From assembly GCA_035529395.1 (NCBI GenBank), contig DATKWT010000122.1, forward strand, positions 1,496 through 65,495: a DNA stretch of 64,000 bases, in the 5' to 3' direction. The number at the start of each line of letters is the position of its first letter. Within the stretch, counting starts at the first letter, position 1. This document shows, in pieces, positions 9,413 through 18,035 of this stretch. A program made the translations under genes and the position numbers. The DNA comes from Dehalococcoidales bacterium. Lineage in GTDB: Bacteria; Chloroflexota; Dehalococcoidia; Dehalococcoidales; Fen-1064. The notes beneath the pieces were generated by a model. It searched no databases. It saw only the letters and a list, made by a program, of their open reading frames with translations, and was not told where the DNA came from.

Positions 9413-11392
9413 CTAGCTTGCTAGACCGGCATATTCCCTGGTTGCCGTATTAATTACGTCAATCAACTGCTTTGGTGAAAAATTCTTGAGTTGCATTGCC
9501 TTGGAGGGACAGTTCACCGCACAGGCACCACAACCCTTGCAGATTGCCTCATTGACCTTGGCCTTCTTTGTCCTGGAGTCAACTTCGACGGCGCTGTAGG
9601 CACAGATAGCCTCGCATACGCCGCAGCCGCTGCACACCTCCTCGTCAACCATTGCGGTGGCTGCTTCCATCTCCACCTTGCCCTTGGCGATTAGTTCTAT
9701 CGCCCTGGCGGCGGCCCCGGTAGCCTGGGCAACAGTATCGGCAATGTCCTTGGGTCCCTGGCAACAGCCGACGGCGAATATGCCGTCCAGCATGGTGCCT
9801 ACCGGGTCAAGCTTGGGGTGCCGTTCCATGAAGAAGCCGTCCCTGCTCCGCCCGAGCAGCAGAGTCCGCGCCATCTCATCGGTGTCGGCACGCGCTTCCA
9901 TAGCCACACTGAGGATGACCATGTCTACCGGGACCCGAATCAGGGTGCCCAACAAGGTATCCTCGCAGACCACTATCAGCTTGCCCTTCTCCTCGTCCTC
10001 CTGGGTAATATTGGTAACCTGGGCTACCTTACCCCGGATGAAGTTCACCCCTTCATCTCCGGCCTGTTTGTAGAACTCCTCGTGCCCCTTGCCGAAGCAG
10101 CGCATATCGATGTACATCTGGTAGGCATCTATGCCCATCTCATTGAGGAAGCGAGCATACTTGAGGCCGTACATGCAGCATACGCGGGAACAATACTCGT
10201 GGTAATTCTCATCCCGGCTGCCTACACAATGAATAATGGCCACACTCTGCGGTGTTGAGCCGTCCTTGAGCGTGATATTACCACCGGTGGGCCCGCTGGA
10301 GTTGACCATCCTTTCGAACTCGGGGCTGGTCACCACGTTGTCGAATTTCCCGTAGCCATACTGTGTTATCGGGGATGGGTCGAAGGTATCATAACCGGTT
10401 GATACGATTACTGCGCCCACCTCGATTTCCACGTCTTCGTCCTTCTGCTCGTAGTCAATCGCGTCCTTCGGGCAGGCTTCCTGACAGATACGACAGTCGC
10501 CATTGGTAAAATGAAGGCAGTTCTCGCGGTCAATCATCGGGACATTGGGCACCGCTTCCGGGAATGGCCGGAAGATTGCCTTTCTCTTGCTCAGACCGCG
10601 GTCGAACTCACTGTCTACCTCTACCGGGCATTTCTCCCAGCAGGCACCACAGCCGTCACATTTATTCTCATCGACATACCGGGCCTTCTTCTTGACTGTC
10701 GCACGGAAATTGCCGATATAGCCGCTCAGCTCGCTCAGTTCGCTACAGGTCATCAGGTCAATGTACTCGCTGGATGCCACCTGCTCTAGCCTGGGAGCAA
10801 GGATGTCCATGGCGGGTTCGAGGTAGGGGAAGGTCTTGCCAAGCTGGGCCATACGACCGCCGATGCTGGGTTCCCTCTCCAACAGGTAGACATTGCGCTC
10901 CGAACCGGCGATTTCCAGGGCGGTCTGGATACCGGCGATGCCCGCCCCGATAATAAGGGTGTTGGGATTGACCGGGGCGAATTTAGTTTCCAACGGGTCA
11001 CGGTACAGAACACGTGCCACGCCAGCGGCTACCAGTGCCATAGCCTTCTCGGTAGCCTGTTGATTATCATGGCTGTGCACCCACGAGCAGTGTTCGCGGA
11101 TAGTGGCCATTTCGCAGAGGTGGGGGTTTAGTCCGGCGGTCTGGCAGGCTTCCCGGAAGGTGCGGAGGTGCAGGGTTGGTGAGCAGGAGCACACCAGTAC
11201 ACGGTTCAGCCCCAATTCCTGGATGTCATTCTTGATGAAGTCCTGTCCCGGGTCGGAACACATGAAGGAGTAATCGCGAGCAATGACTACAGAATCAAGG
11301 CTCTGAGCGAATTCAGTGACTTTCTTACAGTCAAGATAACCGGCAATATTAGACCCGCAGTGACATATATATACTCCGACTCTTTTCTCCAT
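9413..11392 (-). CDS. hdrA: heterodisulfide reductase subunit A (canonical architecture, 659 aa)
   Basis: N-domain VGVYICHCGSNIAGY, FAD site LIIGAGIAGIQTA, inserted ferredoxin CDGCGACWEKCP, HCVGSRDENYHEYCSRVCCMY, and C-terminal CSGCGVCEAIC / CKGCGACAVNCP. Confidence 0.88.
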   Translation of the reverse strand: MEKRVGVYICHCGSNIAGYLDCKKVTEFAQSLDSVVIARDYSFMCSDPGQDFIKNDIQELGLNRVLVCSCSPTLHLRTFREACQTAGLNPHLCEMATIREHCSWVHSHDNQQATEKAMALVAAGVARVLYRDPLETKFAPVNPNTLIIGAGIAGIQTALEIAGSERNVYLLEREPSIGGRMAQLGKTFPYLEPAMDILAPRLEQVASSEYIDLMTCSELSELSGYIGNFRATVKKKARYVDENKCDGCGACWEKCPVEVDSEFDRGLSKRKAIFRPFPEAVPNVPMIDRENCLHFTNGDCRICQEACPKDAIDYEQKDEDVEIEVGAVIVSTGYDTFDPSPITQYGYGKFDNVVTSPEFERMVNSSGPTGGNITLKDGSTPQSVAIIHCVGSRDENYHEYCSRVCCMYGLKYARFLNEMGIDAYQMYIDMRCFGKGHEEFYKQAGDEGVNFIRGKVAQVTNITQEDEEKGKLIVVCEDTLLGTLIRVPVDMVILSVAMEARADTDEMARTLLLGRSRDGFFMERHPKLDPVGTMLDGIFAVGCCQGPKDIADTVAQATGAAARAIELIAKGKVEMEAATAMVDEEVCSGCGVCEAICAYSAVEVDSRTKKAKVNEAICKGCGACAVNCPSKAMQLKNFSPKQLIDVINTATREYAGLAS

Positions 11393-11423
11393 ATATCTAT
11401 TCTATTCCTGCTTTCCCTCAGTC

Positions 11424-14165
11424 TCAGCCGACGGCCACGGTCTCGGTACCGACCTCGCCCTTGGTGACCAAGGCCAGGGCTTTGGCGGCAGCTCCTATCG
11501 CCTGTGACACTGTATCCGGGATATCCTTGGGTCCCTGGCAGCACCCGGCCATATAGATTCCGTCGGTCTGTGTTCCCATAATATCAAGCTTGTAGTGTTT
11601 CTCTTCAAAAAAGCCATCGCTATCCTGGTCCAGCCAGAAGAGCCTGGCGACATCACCGGCATCGGCGCGCGACTGGATAGCCACGTTGAGGACGACCATG
11701 TCCACCGGCACCCTTATCAGGCTCCCGAGCAGGGTGTCCTCGCATACCACAACCAGTTTCCCCTTCTCTTCGTCGGTCAGGGCAACATCGGTTACCTGGG
11801 CAACCTTGCCGCGGATGAAGTTGATGCCTTCCTCTGAAATACGTTTATAAAACTCCTCGTAACCCTTACCGAAGCAACGCATGTCAATGTACATCTGGTA
11901 GACATCTGCACCGGTCTTTTCCTTTAGCTGGTGGGCATGTTTGAGGCCATACATGCAGCATACGCGTGAGCAGTACAAGTGGTAATTCTCGTCACGGCTG
12001 CCTACACAGTGAATAATGGCGGCGCTCTTCGGGGTGGAACCGTCCTTGAGCATCACCTTACCCTCCGTCGGGCCGGTGGAGCTTATCATGCGTTCCATCT
12101 CGAGGCTGGTGAATACATTTTCAAATTTCCCGTACCCGTACTGCGTCATCGAGGTGGGGTCGAAGAGGTCATAGCCAGTGGTGACGATAATAGCACCGAC
12201 CTCCAGATTAACGAACTCGTCTTTCATATCGTGGTCGATGGCCTCCCGCTCACAGGCAGGGATACAGGCAAGACACTCGGAGCAGACACCGCAATTCAAA
12301 CACCGTTTTGCCTCTTCTATCGCATTCTCCTCGGAGAAGCCCAGTTCTACCTCAGGAAAACCACCCCGCTGGTCCTTTTCGAGCATAGGCATTTGCTGCC
12401 GTGCCTTTTTAACGACACCGGCTTTGTTGACGTTCTTAACTCTTTCTCTCGGTTCCGACCGGCCCTCTTTCAGGTCGACATTCCTGAGATAGCGGTCAAT
12501 TGAAATGGCCGCTTCTTTCCCGGTGGCAACCGCTCCGATGACGGTATCCGGACCGGAGACGGCATCACCACCGGCAAATACTCCGTCGATATTCGTATGC
12601 AGCGTCAAATCGTCGACGATAATCGTTCCAAACCGGGTGTACTCAAGTTTGTCCGGGAGCATTTCCTGGTTCACCCGCTGGCCGATTGCCATGATAACGG
12701 TATCGACTTCCATGGTGAACTCGGAGCCTGCTATTGGCACCGGTCGTCTTCGGCCGCTCTCATCGGGTTCACCCAGCTCCATACGAATGCACTCGATGCC
12801 GGTGACCTTCCCGTTCTGGGAGAGGACCTTGACCGGATTCACCAGTATATTGATTGCGATGCCTTCTACCTCCGCTTCATCCACCTCGGTCTTATCGGCG
12901 GGCATCTCAGTTCGTGAGCGGCGGTACACGATGGCAACTTCCTCAGCCCCGATGCGGTTGGCTACCCTGGCGGCGTCGATAGCGGCATTGCCACCGCCAA
13001 TCACAGCCACCCTGTTTCCTAACTTAACCTTTTCGCCGGAGTTTGCTCGCTGCAGGAAACTGAGGGCATTCAGCACGCCATTGGCATCTTCACCGGGAAT
13101 ACCCATCGTCTGGCCGATACCGGCCCCGGCAGCAATGAATACCGCCTTGTAGTCATCTTTGAACAGGTCTTCCAGCTTCGTGACGGTGGTATTGGTGCGT
13201 ATCTCGACGCCCAGTTCCTGGACGTAGCCAATCTCATCGTCCACTATGCTGTTGGGCAAGCGGTATTCGGGAATACCGTAGCGGAGGAGGCCGCCTACCT
13301 TCGGAGCAGCTTCGAACACCGTCACCGGGTAACCCATCCGTATAAGGTCATAGGCACAACCGATTCCGGCAGGTCCGGACCCGATGATGGCCACCTTCTC
13401 TTCATGGGTCAATTCGACGGGTGTTGCCTTTTCCCGCCCGTTTTGCATTTCATAGTCAGCCATGAAGCGCTTCAGGTAACGGATAGCGACTGACTCGTCT
13501 ACCTGACCACGCTCACATTCCGATTCGCAGGGGTGGGTGCAGACCCGGCCACAGACCCCGGCAAAGGGCATGGTGCGCCGTAGCACTCCAAGGGCTTCCT
13601 TGAACCGTCCCTGTGATATCAGGGCTATGTAACCCTGGGCGTTCACACCGGCAGGGCAAGCCACACGGCACGGGGGCAAACCTCGCTTGTCGATCGTATA
13701 TACGTTGGGGACCGCCTGGGGAAACGGGCGGTAAGCCGCCTGGCGATCTACCAGGCCCAGTTGCCACTCGCTTGGAAAGGAGACCGGACACACCTTGGCG
13801 CACTCCCCGCAGCCGGTGCATTTACTGATATCGATATAACCGGCTTTCTTCCTTACCTTGACATTGAAGTCGCCGGCATGGCCTGAGACCTCTTCTACCT
13901 CGCAGTAAGTCATCAGCTCAATGTTCTTATTCGAGCCTACCTGACTCATCTTGGGGGTACCGATACAGGAGGCGCAGTCCATGGTGGGGAAGGTCTTGTC
14001 AAGCTGCAGCATGCGCCCGCCCACGGTGGGTGACCTCTCCACCAGATACACACGATGGTCCGAGTCTGCAACCTCAAGGGCTGCCTGCATACCGGCGATA
14101 CCGGCACCAACAATCAGGACATCGGGTTTGCTACGGGCTTCACTCCTTGCAGCTCTTTCCGCCAA
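11424..14165 (-). CDS. HdrA-like flavoprotein with an inserted GltD/NfnB-like NAD(P)H-binding module (913 aa)
   Basis: TTG start at 14165 with a GGGAGG RBS. HdrA-type N-terminus (VLIVGAGIAGMQAA, CTGCGECAKVCP). A GltD-type region follows (CPAGVNAQGYIALI..., CGRVCTHPCESEC, VAIIGSGPAGIGCA, VAVIGGGNAAIDAA). The HdrA body then resumes (HCVGSRDENYHLYCSRVCCMY). Confidence 0.8.
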   Translation of the reverse strand: MAERAARSEARSKPDVLIVGAGIAGMQAALEVADSDHRVYLVERSPTVGGRMLQLDKTFPTMDCASCIGTPKMSQVGSNKNIELMTYCEVEEVSGHAGDFNVKVRKKAGYIDISKCTGCGECAKVCPVSFPSEWQLGLVDRQAAYRPFPQAVPNVYTIDKRGLPPCRVACPAGVNAQGYIALISQGRFKEALGVLRRTMPFAGVCGRVCTHPCESECERGQVDESVAIRYLKRFMADYEMQNGREKATPVELTHEEKVAIIGSGPAGIGCAYDLIRMGYPVTVFEAAPKVGGLLRYGIPEYRLPNSIVDDEIGYVQELGVEIRTNTTVTKLEDLFKDDYKAVFIAAGAGIGQTMGIPGEDANGVLNALSFLQRANSGEKVKLGNRVAVIGGGNAAIDAARVANRIGAEEVAIVYRRSRTEMPADKTEVDEAEVEGIAINILVNPVKVLSQNGKVTGIECIRMELGEPDESGRRRPVPIAGSEFTMEVDTVIMAIGQRVNQEMLPDKLEYTRFGTIIVDDLTLHTNIDGVFAGGDAVSGPDTVIGAVATGKEAAISIDRYLRNVDLKEGRSEPRERVKNVNKAGVVKKARQQMPMLEKDQRGGFPEVELGFSEENAIEEAKRCLNCGVCSECLACIPACEREAIDHDMKDEFVNLEVGAIIVTTGYDLFDPTSMTQYGYGKFENVFTSLEMERMISSTGPTEGKVMLKDGSTPKSAAIIHCVGSRDENYHLYCSRVCCMYGLKHAHQLKEKTGADVYQMYIDMRCFGKGYEEFYKRISEEGINFIRGKVAQVTDVALTDEEKGKLVVVCEDTLLGSLIRVPVDMVVLNVAIQSRADAGDVARLFWLDQDSDGFFEEKHYKLDIMGTQTDGIYMAGCCQGPKDIPDTVSQAIGAAAKALALVTKGEVGTETVAVG

Positions 14166-14195
14166 AGTCGAACCTCCCGGCCGAGTTCCGCACCT

Positions 14196-14224
14196 ATTCT
14201 ATACCAATCACTCCTGTGGTGCAA
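14196..14224 (-). promoter_or_regulatory. candidate sigma-70 promoter of the hdr operon (TTGCAC-N17-TAGAAT)
   Basis: On the minus strand, TTGCAC is at 14224-14219, a 17-nt spacer follows, and TAGAAT is at 14201-14196. It lies about 30 nt upstream of the TTG start. Confidence 0.4.
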
Positions 14225-14443
14225 TCCTGATAACAGGTTATTTCCCGGTTACTCAGGTGGTAACCGGACATAACGGAACTGTAATCACAGTAAAACAGGG
14301 TGGTCGCGTGATGCGAAACACCCTGTAATAGTAGTCTCCACAACACTATTATAGCTCAATTCTGTTTTTGATGCACGTGACTTTGATCACACAGCTTTTT
14401 CTGTGTGCGGGTGCCCTGATAAGGAGCGTTACCGGGGAAGTGA

Positions 14444-15412
14444 CTAATCGAGCCCGAGCATTCGGCACAGCTCGGTGGGGTTGTACTTTCCCGGAGTTTC
14501 ACCGCTGGCTGCCATCTCCTGTGCGATACGCAGCAGCATCTGGTTGACCGGAGCTTTGAGGCCCAATCGCTCTGCCTGGCGGACAATTTCGCCGTTGAGG
14601 AAGTCGGTCTCGACAGTACCCTGCCGGCGGGCCAGGCTCTGCCAGGTGGAGCTTTGAGCCTCGGTACGCAGGCTGTTACGCGGTCGTTCGGTGCTCTCCG
14701 GCCATACCTCGGCCAGCTCCTCGTTGGACACCCATCGGATGCCGGCCTGTGAGAGAATCTGCTGCGCTTCCTCAAAGGCTGCGCTGTAGATAGGGGCTGT
14801 CTCTCTGCCTCGGGCGTTGGTGATGGCACCGATGGCATTACCCAGGTTGGTCATCAGCTTACCCCATTTGAAGGGCATCACCTCCGGGGTGACCAGCACG
14901 AAGAACCCGGCGCGACGCAGCCTGTCAGCAACTTCCTCGGCGAGGTCATCCTTTCCTTCAGGATACTGTCCGATGATGAGCCATCCGGGAGGGTCGCGAC
15001 GGGCAATTGCCTCTCCATCGGTGACATAGACGCCACCGACCCTGACCATGACCCCATACACCCTGGGGAAATACCCTACGGCGATTTCCTCATTGCGGGT
15101 GCCGTTCTGGAGACAGAAGACGGGGATGTCGTTCACTACCTTGCGCAGGTCACCGAGAGCCTCATCCGTGTTCTGGCCTTTCACACAGAGTAGTACGACA
15201 TCCTCCGGGCCAAAATCAATCTGGTCAGGTGCGGTAACTGCGGGTAGCCGCAGGTTGTGTGTCTCCGTGGGCGTGACGAAGCGCAGGCCTTGTTCGTTGA
15301 TGGCGTTGACGTGGCCGGGTCGGCCAATCAGGACCACTTCCGTACCGGTCAGGTGAAGGTGACCGGCGACCACTCCTCCTATTGCTCCGGCTCCGTAAAT
15401 TATTATTCTCAT
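14444..15412 (-). CDS. 2-dehydropantoate 2-reductase family (PanE/ApbA-like)
   Basis: MRIIIYGAGAIGGVVAGHL N-terminal Rossmann fold; length and overall pattern fit the ketopantoate reductase family. Confidence 0.7.
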   Translation of the reverse strand: MRIIIYGAGAIGGVVAGHLHLTGTEVVLIGRPGHVNAINEQGLRFVTPTETHNLRLPAVTAPDQIDFGPEDVVLLCVKGQNTDEALGDLRKVVNDIPVFCLQNGTRNEEIAVGYFPRVYGVMVRVGGVYVTDGEAIARRDPPGWLIIGQYPEGKDDLAEEVADRLRRAGFFVLVTPEVMPFKWGKLMTNLGNAIGAITNARGRETAPIYSAAFEEAQQILSQAGIRWVSNEELAEVWPESTERPRNSLRTEAQSSTWQSLARRQGTVETDFLNGEIVRQAERLGLKAPVNQMLLRIAQEMAASGETPGKYNPTELCRMLGLD

Positions 15413-15450
15413 GTTGAAGCTACTCCTTCTGGTTTTTGGTTCTACGCCGC

Positions 15451-16272
15451 CTACTTCAGCACCATTCGGGCTACCAGTACCGGTGGGATATGCTGCATCC
15501 GGCTGTAGGCCATCGGACTGGCGGACTGGCTCTGGTATCCTTCGGGGAAAAGGGGTTCTTCCATGCCGTCAAGAACGAAGCCGTGCTTGAAGCAGATATT
15601 GAAGAGCAGGCTGACAGGGCGGTGGAAATAGTGCTGTGGAACAGGTTGGCCCGGGATGCCCACACCCATATGGTGGAAAGGCTCTGCGTAGTCGGTTACC
15701 GTAACGCCTGCCCTGAATACCAGCTTGTCACCTGTATCGAACTCCTCAGCGACCAGGCGCGTTGTTCCCGAGTTGAAGGCAGGGTGGAGCACACTGAATA
15801 CGAACCGCCCGCCGGTCTTTAGCAGCTTTGGTAACGTTGAAATCAGCGGCTCGATGGAAGACATGTCCATCAGGGCCATGGTGCAGACGGCGGCGTCAAA
15901 ACGCTTCTCACCGAGTGACAGCAGGGCTTCGGGGTCGGTGGCGCTGAGTACCCGGTAGGTTATGCGGTCCGCGTTCTCGGTGGTACGCTCCCGCGCCCGC
16001 CGGATGAACATCTCCGAATGGTCGATGGCGACAATCATTGCCCCGAGGGCTGCCATACGACGGGCGAAACGCCCCGCCCCGCAGGCAATATCCAGCACCA
16101 TCTCGTCGGGCTTGAGTGCCAGCAGTCTCTCTGTAGCCGGTTCGATGAGGTAGTCCTGGAACTCGTTGCCGTCGCCGATTTTATCGTCCCACCACCCGGC
16201 GAGAGTGTCCCAGACCTCGGCGGTCTGGCTGTCATATTCCGGGAAATCGGGAGAGAGTTCTTCTGCTGTCAT
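15451..16272 (-). CDS. class I SAM-dependent methyltransferase
   Basis: VLDIACGAGRF (motif I) and the downstream acidic motif IVAIDHS. Confidence 0.75.
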   Translation of the reverse strand: MTAEELSPDFPEYDSQTAEVWDTLAGWWDDKIGDGNEFQDYLIEPATERLLALKPDEMVLDIACGAGRFARRMAALGAMIVAIDHSEMFIRRARERTTENADRITYRVLSATDPEALLSLGEKRFDAAVCTMALMDMSSIEPLISTLPKLLKTGGRFVFSVLHPAFNSGTTRLVAEEFDTGDKLVFRAGVTVTDYAEPFHHMGVGIPGQPVPQHYFHRPVSLLFNICFKHGFVLDGMEEPLFPEGYQSQSASPMAYSRMQHIPPVLVARMVLK

Positions 16273-16302
16273 TCCGTGCTCCGATTAACACCAGTTCAAC
16301 CG

Positions 16303-16869
16303 TCAGGTGATTAACGCCATGCTTCGTAGCGCTGGCGCACTATATCCTCGGCAAGCTTCTGCCGTATACTGAAGGTACGCATTGTACCAAATGACTGCTG
16401 GGGTCTGTGTCGAGGGTTTGGTATCCGACGGTGGCGGCTTCAATTCTTCCTCAGGTTCGGGGCCCTTGATAGTGAACATCCCGGAAAGGCCCCCGATATT
16501 CACCGTGTAGTTGCCGCCAAGCTCCCTGATGATAGTAAAATCTACCTGTTCGCTGGTCCCGCCGGTAAGCGTTATTTGTTTGCTACCCTCACCCTTACCA
16601 TTCAATGTGAGTGTGACTTCGTGTTTGCCGGTCTCGTCTCCGGTGTTGCTTACCAGTACGCTTACGGTTACCTTCTCATTGCTCTGTACTTCAAGCGGCT
16701 CTAACCGCAGGTCCGATACGAAAAAGGCGGCTGGTTTCTTCGGTTCCTCCGTCATCTGAGCAACGGGTGTGGTGGGTGTTTCTCCTTTGCAGCCGACCAG
16801 CAGTACCGCGGTCAACAGGACACTGAGAACCAGAGACCACGCTACGTTTTGAAAATGACATCGACCCAT
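16303..16869 (-). CDS. secreted lipoprotein, hypothetical (beta-rich, CARDB-like)
   Basis: Signal peptide with lipobox LLVGC. The ATG at 16869 has an AAGGAG RBS. The longer start (16899) would lie upstream of the predicted -10 box. Confidence 0.6.
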   Translation of the reverse strand: MGRCHFQNVAWSLVLSVLLTAVLLVGCKGETPTTPVAQMTEEPKKPAAFFVSDLRLEPLEVQSNEKVTVSVLVSNTGDETGKHEVTLTLNGKGEGSKQITLTGGTSEQVDFTIIRELGGNYTVNIGGLSGMFTIKGPEPEEELKPPPSDTKPSTQTPAVIWYNAYLQYTAEACRGYSAPALRSMALIT

Positions 16870-16899
16870 CACATGCACTCCTTGCTTGTGCGATGTCAC

Positions 16900-16928
16900 A
16901 GTCTAGCAGGTGATGGTTATGATGACAA
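16900..16928 (-). promoter_or_regulatory. sigma-70 promoter TTGTCA-N17-TAGACT
   Basis: The minus strand reads ATTGTCATCATAACCATCACCTGCTAGACTG. The motif, including the spacer end CACCTGC, recurs at 17958..17986. Confidence 0.55.
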
Positions 16929-17016
16929 TAAGTGGGGTGGTGCCTTTTCTTTCGGACATAAGGATAGAAATACCCTGCGGATAGTGGAATCCTATTTCGA
17001 GTTGTGAGATCAGAGC

Positions 17017-17829
17017 CTACATAAAATTATCATTCAGAAAACTGAACACGGTGCGCCAGCAAGTCCTGTTCCACAAAACACTGCTATGACCGCTTTCGAA
17101 CACGATATGCTGATAGTAGTTCTCGAACCCCTTTTCTTCAAGCCTGTTTACTATCTGATTGCTCATAGCAGTTGATGGCCAGATCCGGTCCTTTTTCCCT
17201 GAAACCAGCAGTATAGCGCCCTCTGTTCTTTCCACGGGTATTACTGCTTCCGGGTGCCGTTCTACTTCTGCCAGGTCCTTTTCCATTATATTCCGCATTC
17301 GCATTGATAGCATGGCAAGAATATCACGTGATGATAGCGAACTGGGTAAATATGGTAGACCGGCTCCCCGGTACGACCATGACGACCTGGGTTGTTTCCC
17401 GGTAGCTAATATACTTCGGGGAATTCCCTGCCAGACAACCGAACTGGGCAGAAGTCCTACCACTGCCTTGATGTTCGCGAACATTGAACCTAGTAGCAGA
17501 CTTAGCTCACCCCCTTTGGAACCCCCGATAAGTGCGTACTTATTAGATACTACCTCTGGCTGGGCAGCTAACCATTCAAATGTCTTTTCGAAATATTCCA
17601 GCGGAATCTCTTCCAGCGAACCGGGCAAGCCATTTGCTTTAAAATAAGCCAGGGAGAGCACATTATAACCCCGCTCAACAAGTCGTGTTGTTACTATTGC
17701 CAGCGGCCACGCGCTCCAGCGTTTTCCTCCTTCGGAACCGCCCAGCAGGATAACTGCCTTACGTGGTTGCCCCGAGCCATCGTGGAAGAAATCAGCTACC
17801 AGACCATCTTTCGCAGTTCGTTTTTTCAC
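17017..17829 (-). CDS. alpha/beta hydrolase (BAAT/acyl-CoA thioesterase C-terminal or dienelactone-hydrolase-like)
   Basis: Nucleophile elbow IGGSKGGE (GxSxG). The C-terminal His is in ESGHSS. Confidence 0.65.
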   Translation of the reverse strand: MKKRTAKDGLVADFFHDGSGQPRKAVILLGGSEGGKRWSAWPLAIVTTRLVERGYNVLSLAYFKANGLPGSLEEIPLEYFEKTFEWLAAQPEVVSNKYALIGGSKGGELSLLLGSMFANIKAVVGLLPSSVVWQGIPRSILATGKQPRSSWSYRGAGLPYLPSSLSSRDILAMLSMRMRNIMEKDLAEVERHPEAVIPVERTEGAILLVSGKKDRIWPSTAMSNQIVNRLEEKGFENYYQHIVFESGHSSVLWNRTCWRTVFSFLNDNFM

Positions 17830-17957
17830 AATTCAATCACCCGGTCAGTAGTTAACCAGTATTTGTATGAACACTAATCCGTGCAGTATCGCGGACACTG
17901 CACTACAGGAGGTGACACTTTGCGTTCAAGTACAAACGCCCTTTCAGATAATGCCTC

Positions 17958-17986
17958 AGTCTAGCAGGTGATTGGTATCATGGCAA
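17958..17986 (-). promoter_or_regulatory. sigma-70 promoter TTGCCA-N17-TAGACT
   Basis: The minus strand reads ATTGCCATGATACCAATCACCTGCTAGACTG, about 130 nt upstream of the hydrolase start. Confidence 0.5.
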
Positions 17987-18035
17987 TCATGATATGGATG
18001 GGGAGGGACTGTTACGGTAAGTACAAACCCGGGTC

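Noticed and set aside
14356-14838. 160-aa minus-strand ORF overlapping the panE-like gene
   Set aside because: It is an alternative frame of a gene with a clear PanE/ApbA N-terminus. It is Arg/Pro/Ser-rich, which is typical of an out-of-frame GC-rich translation.
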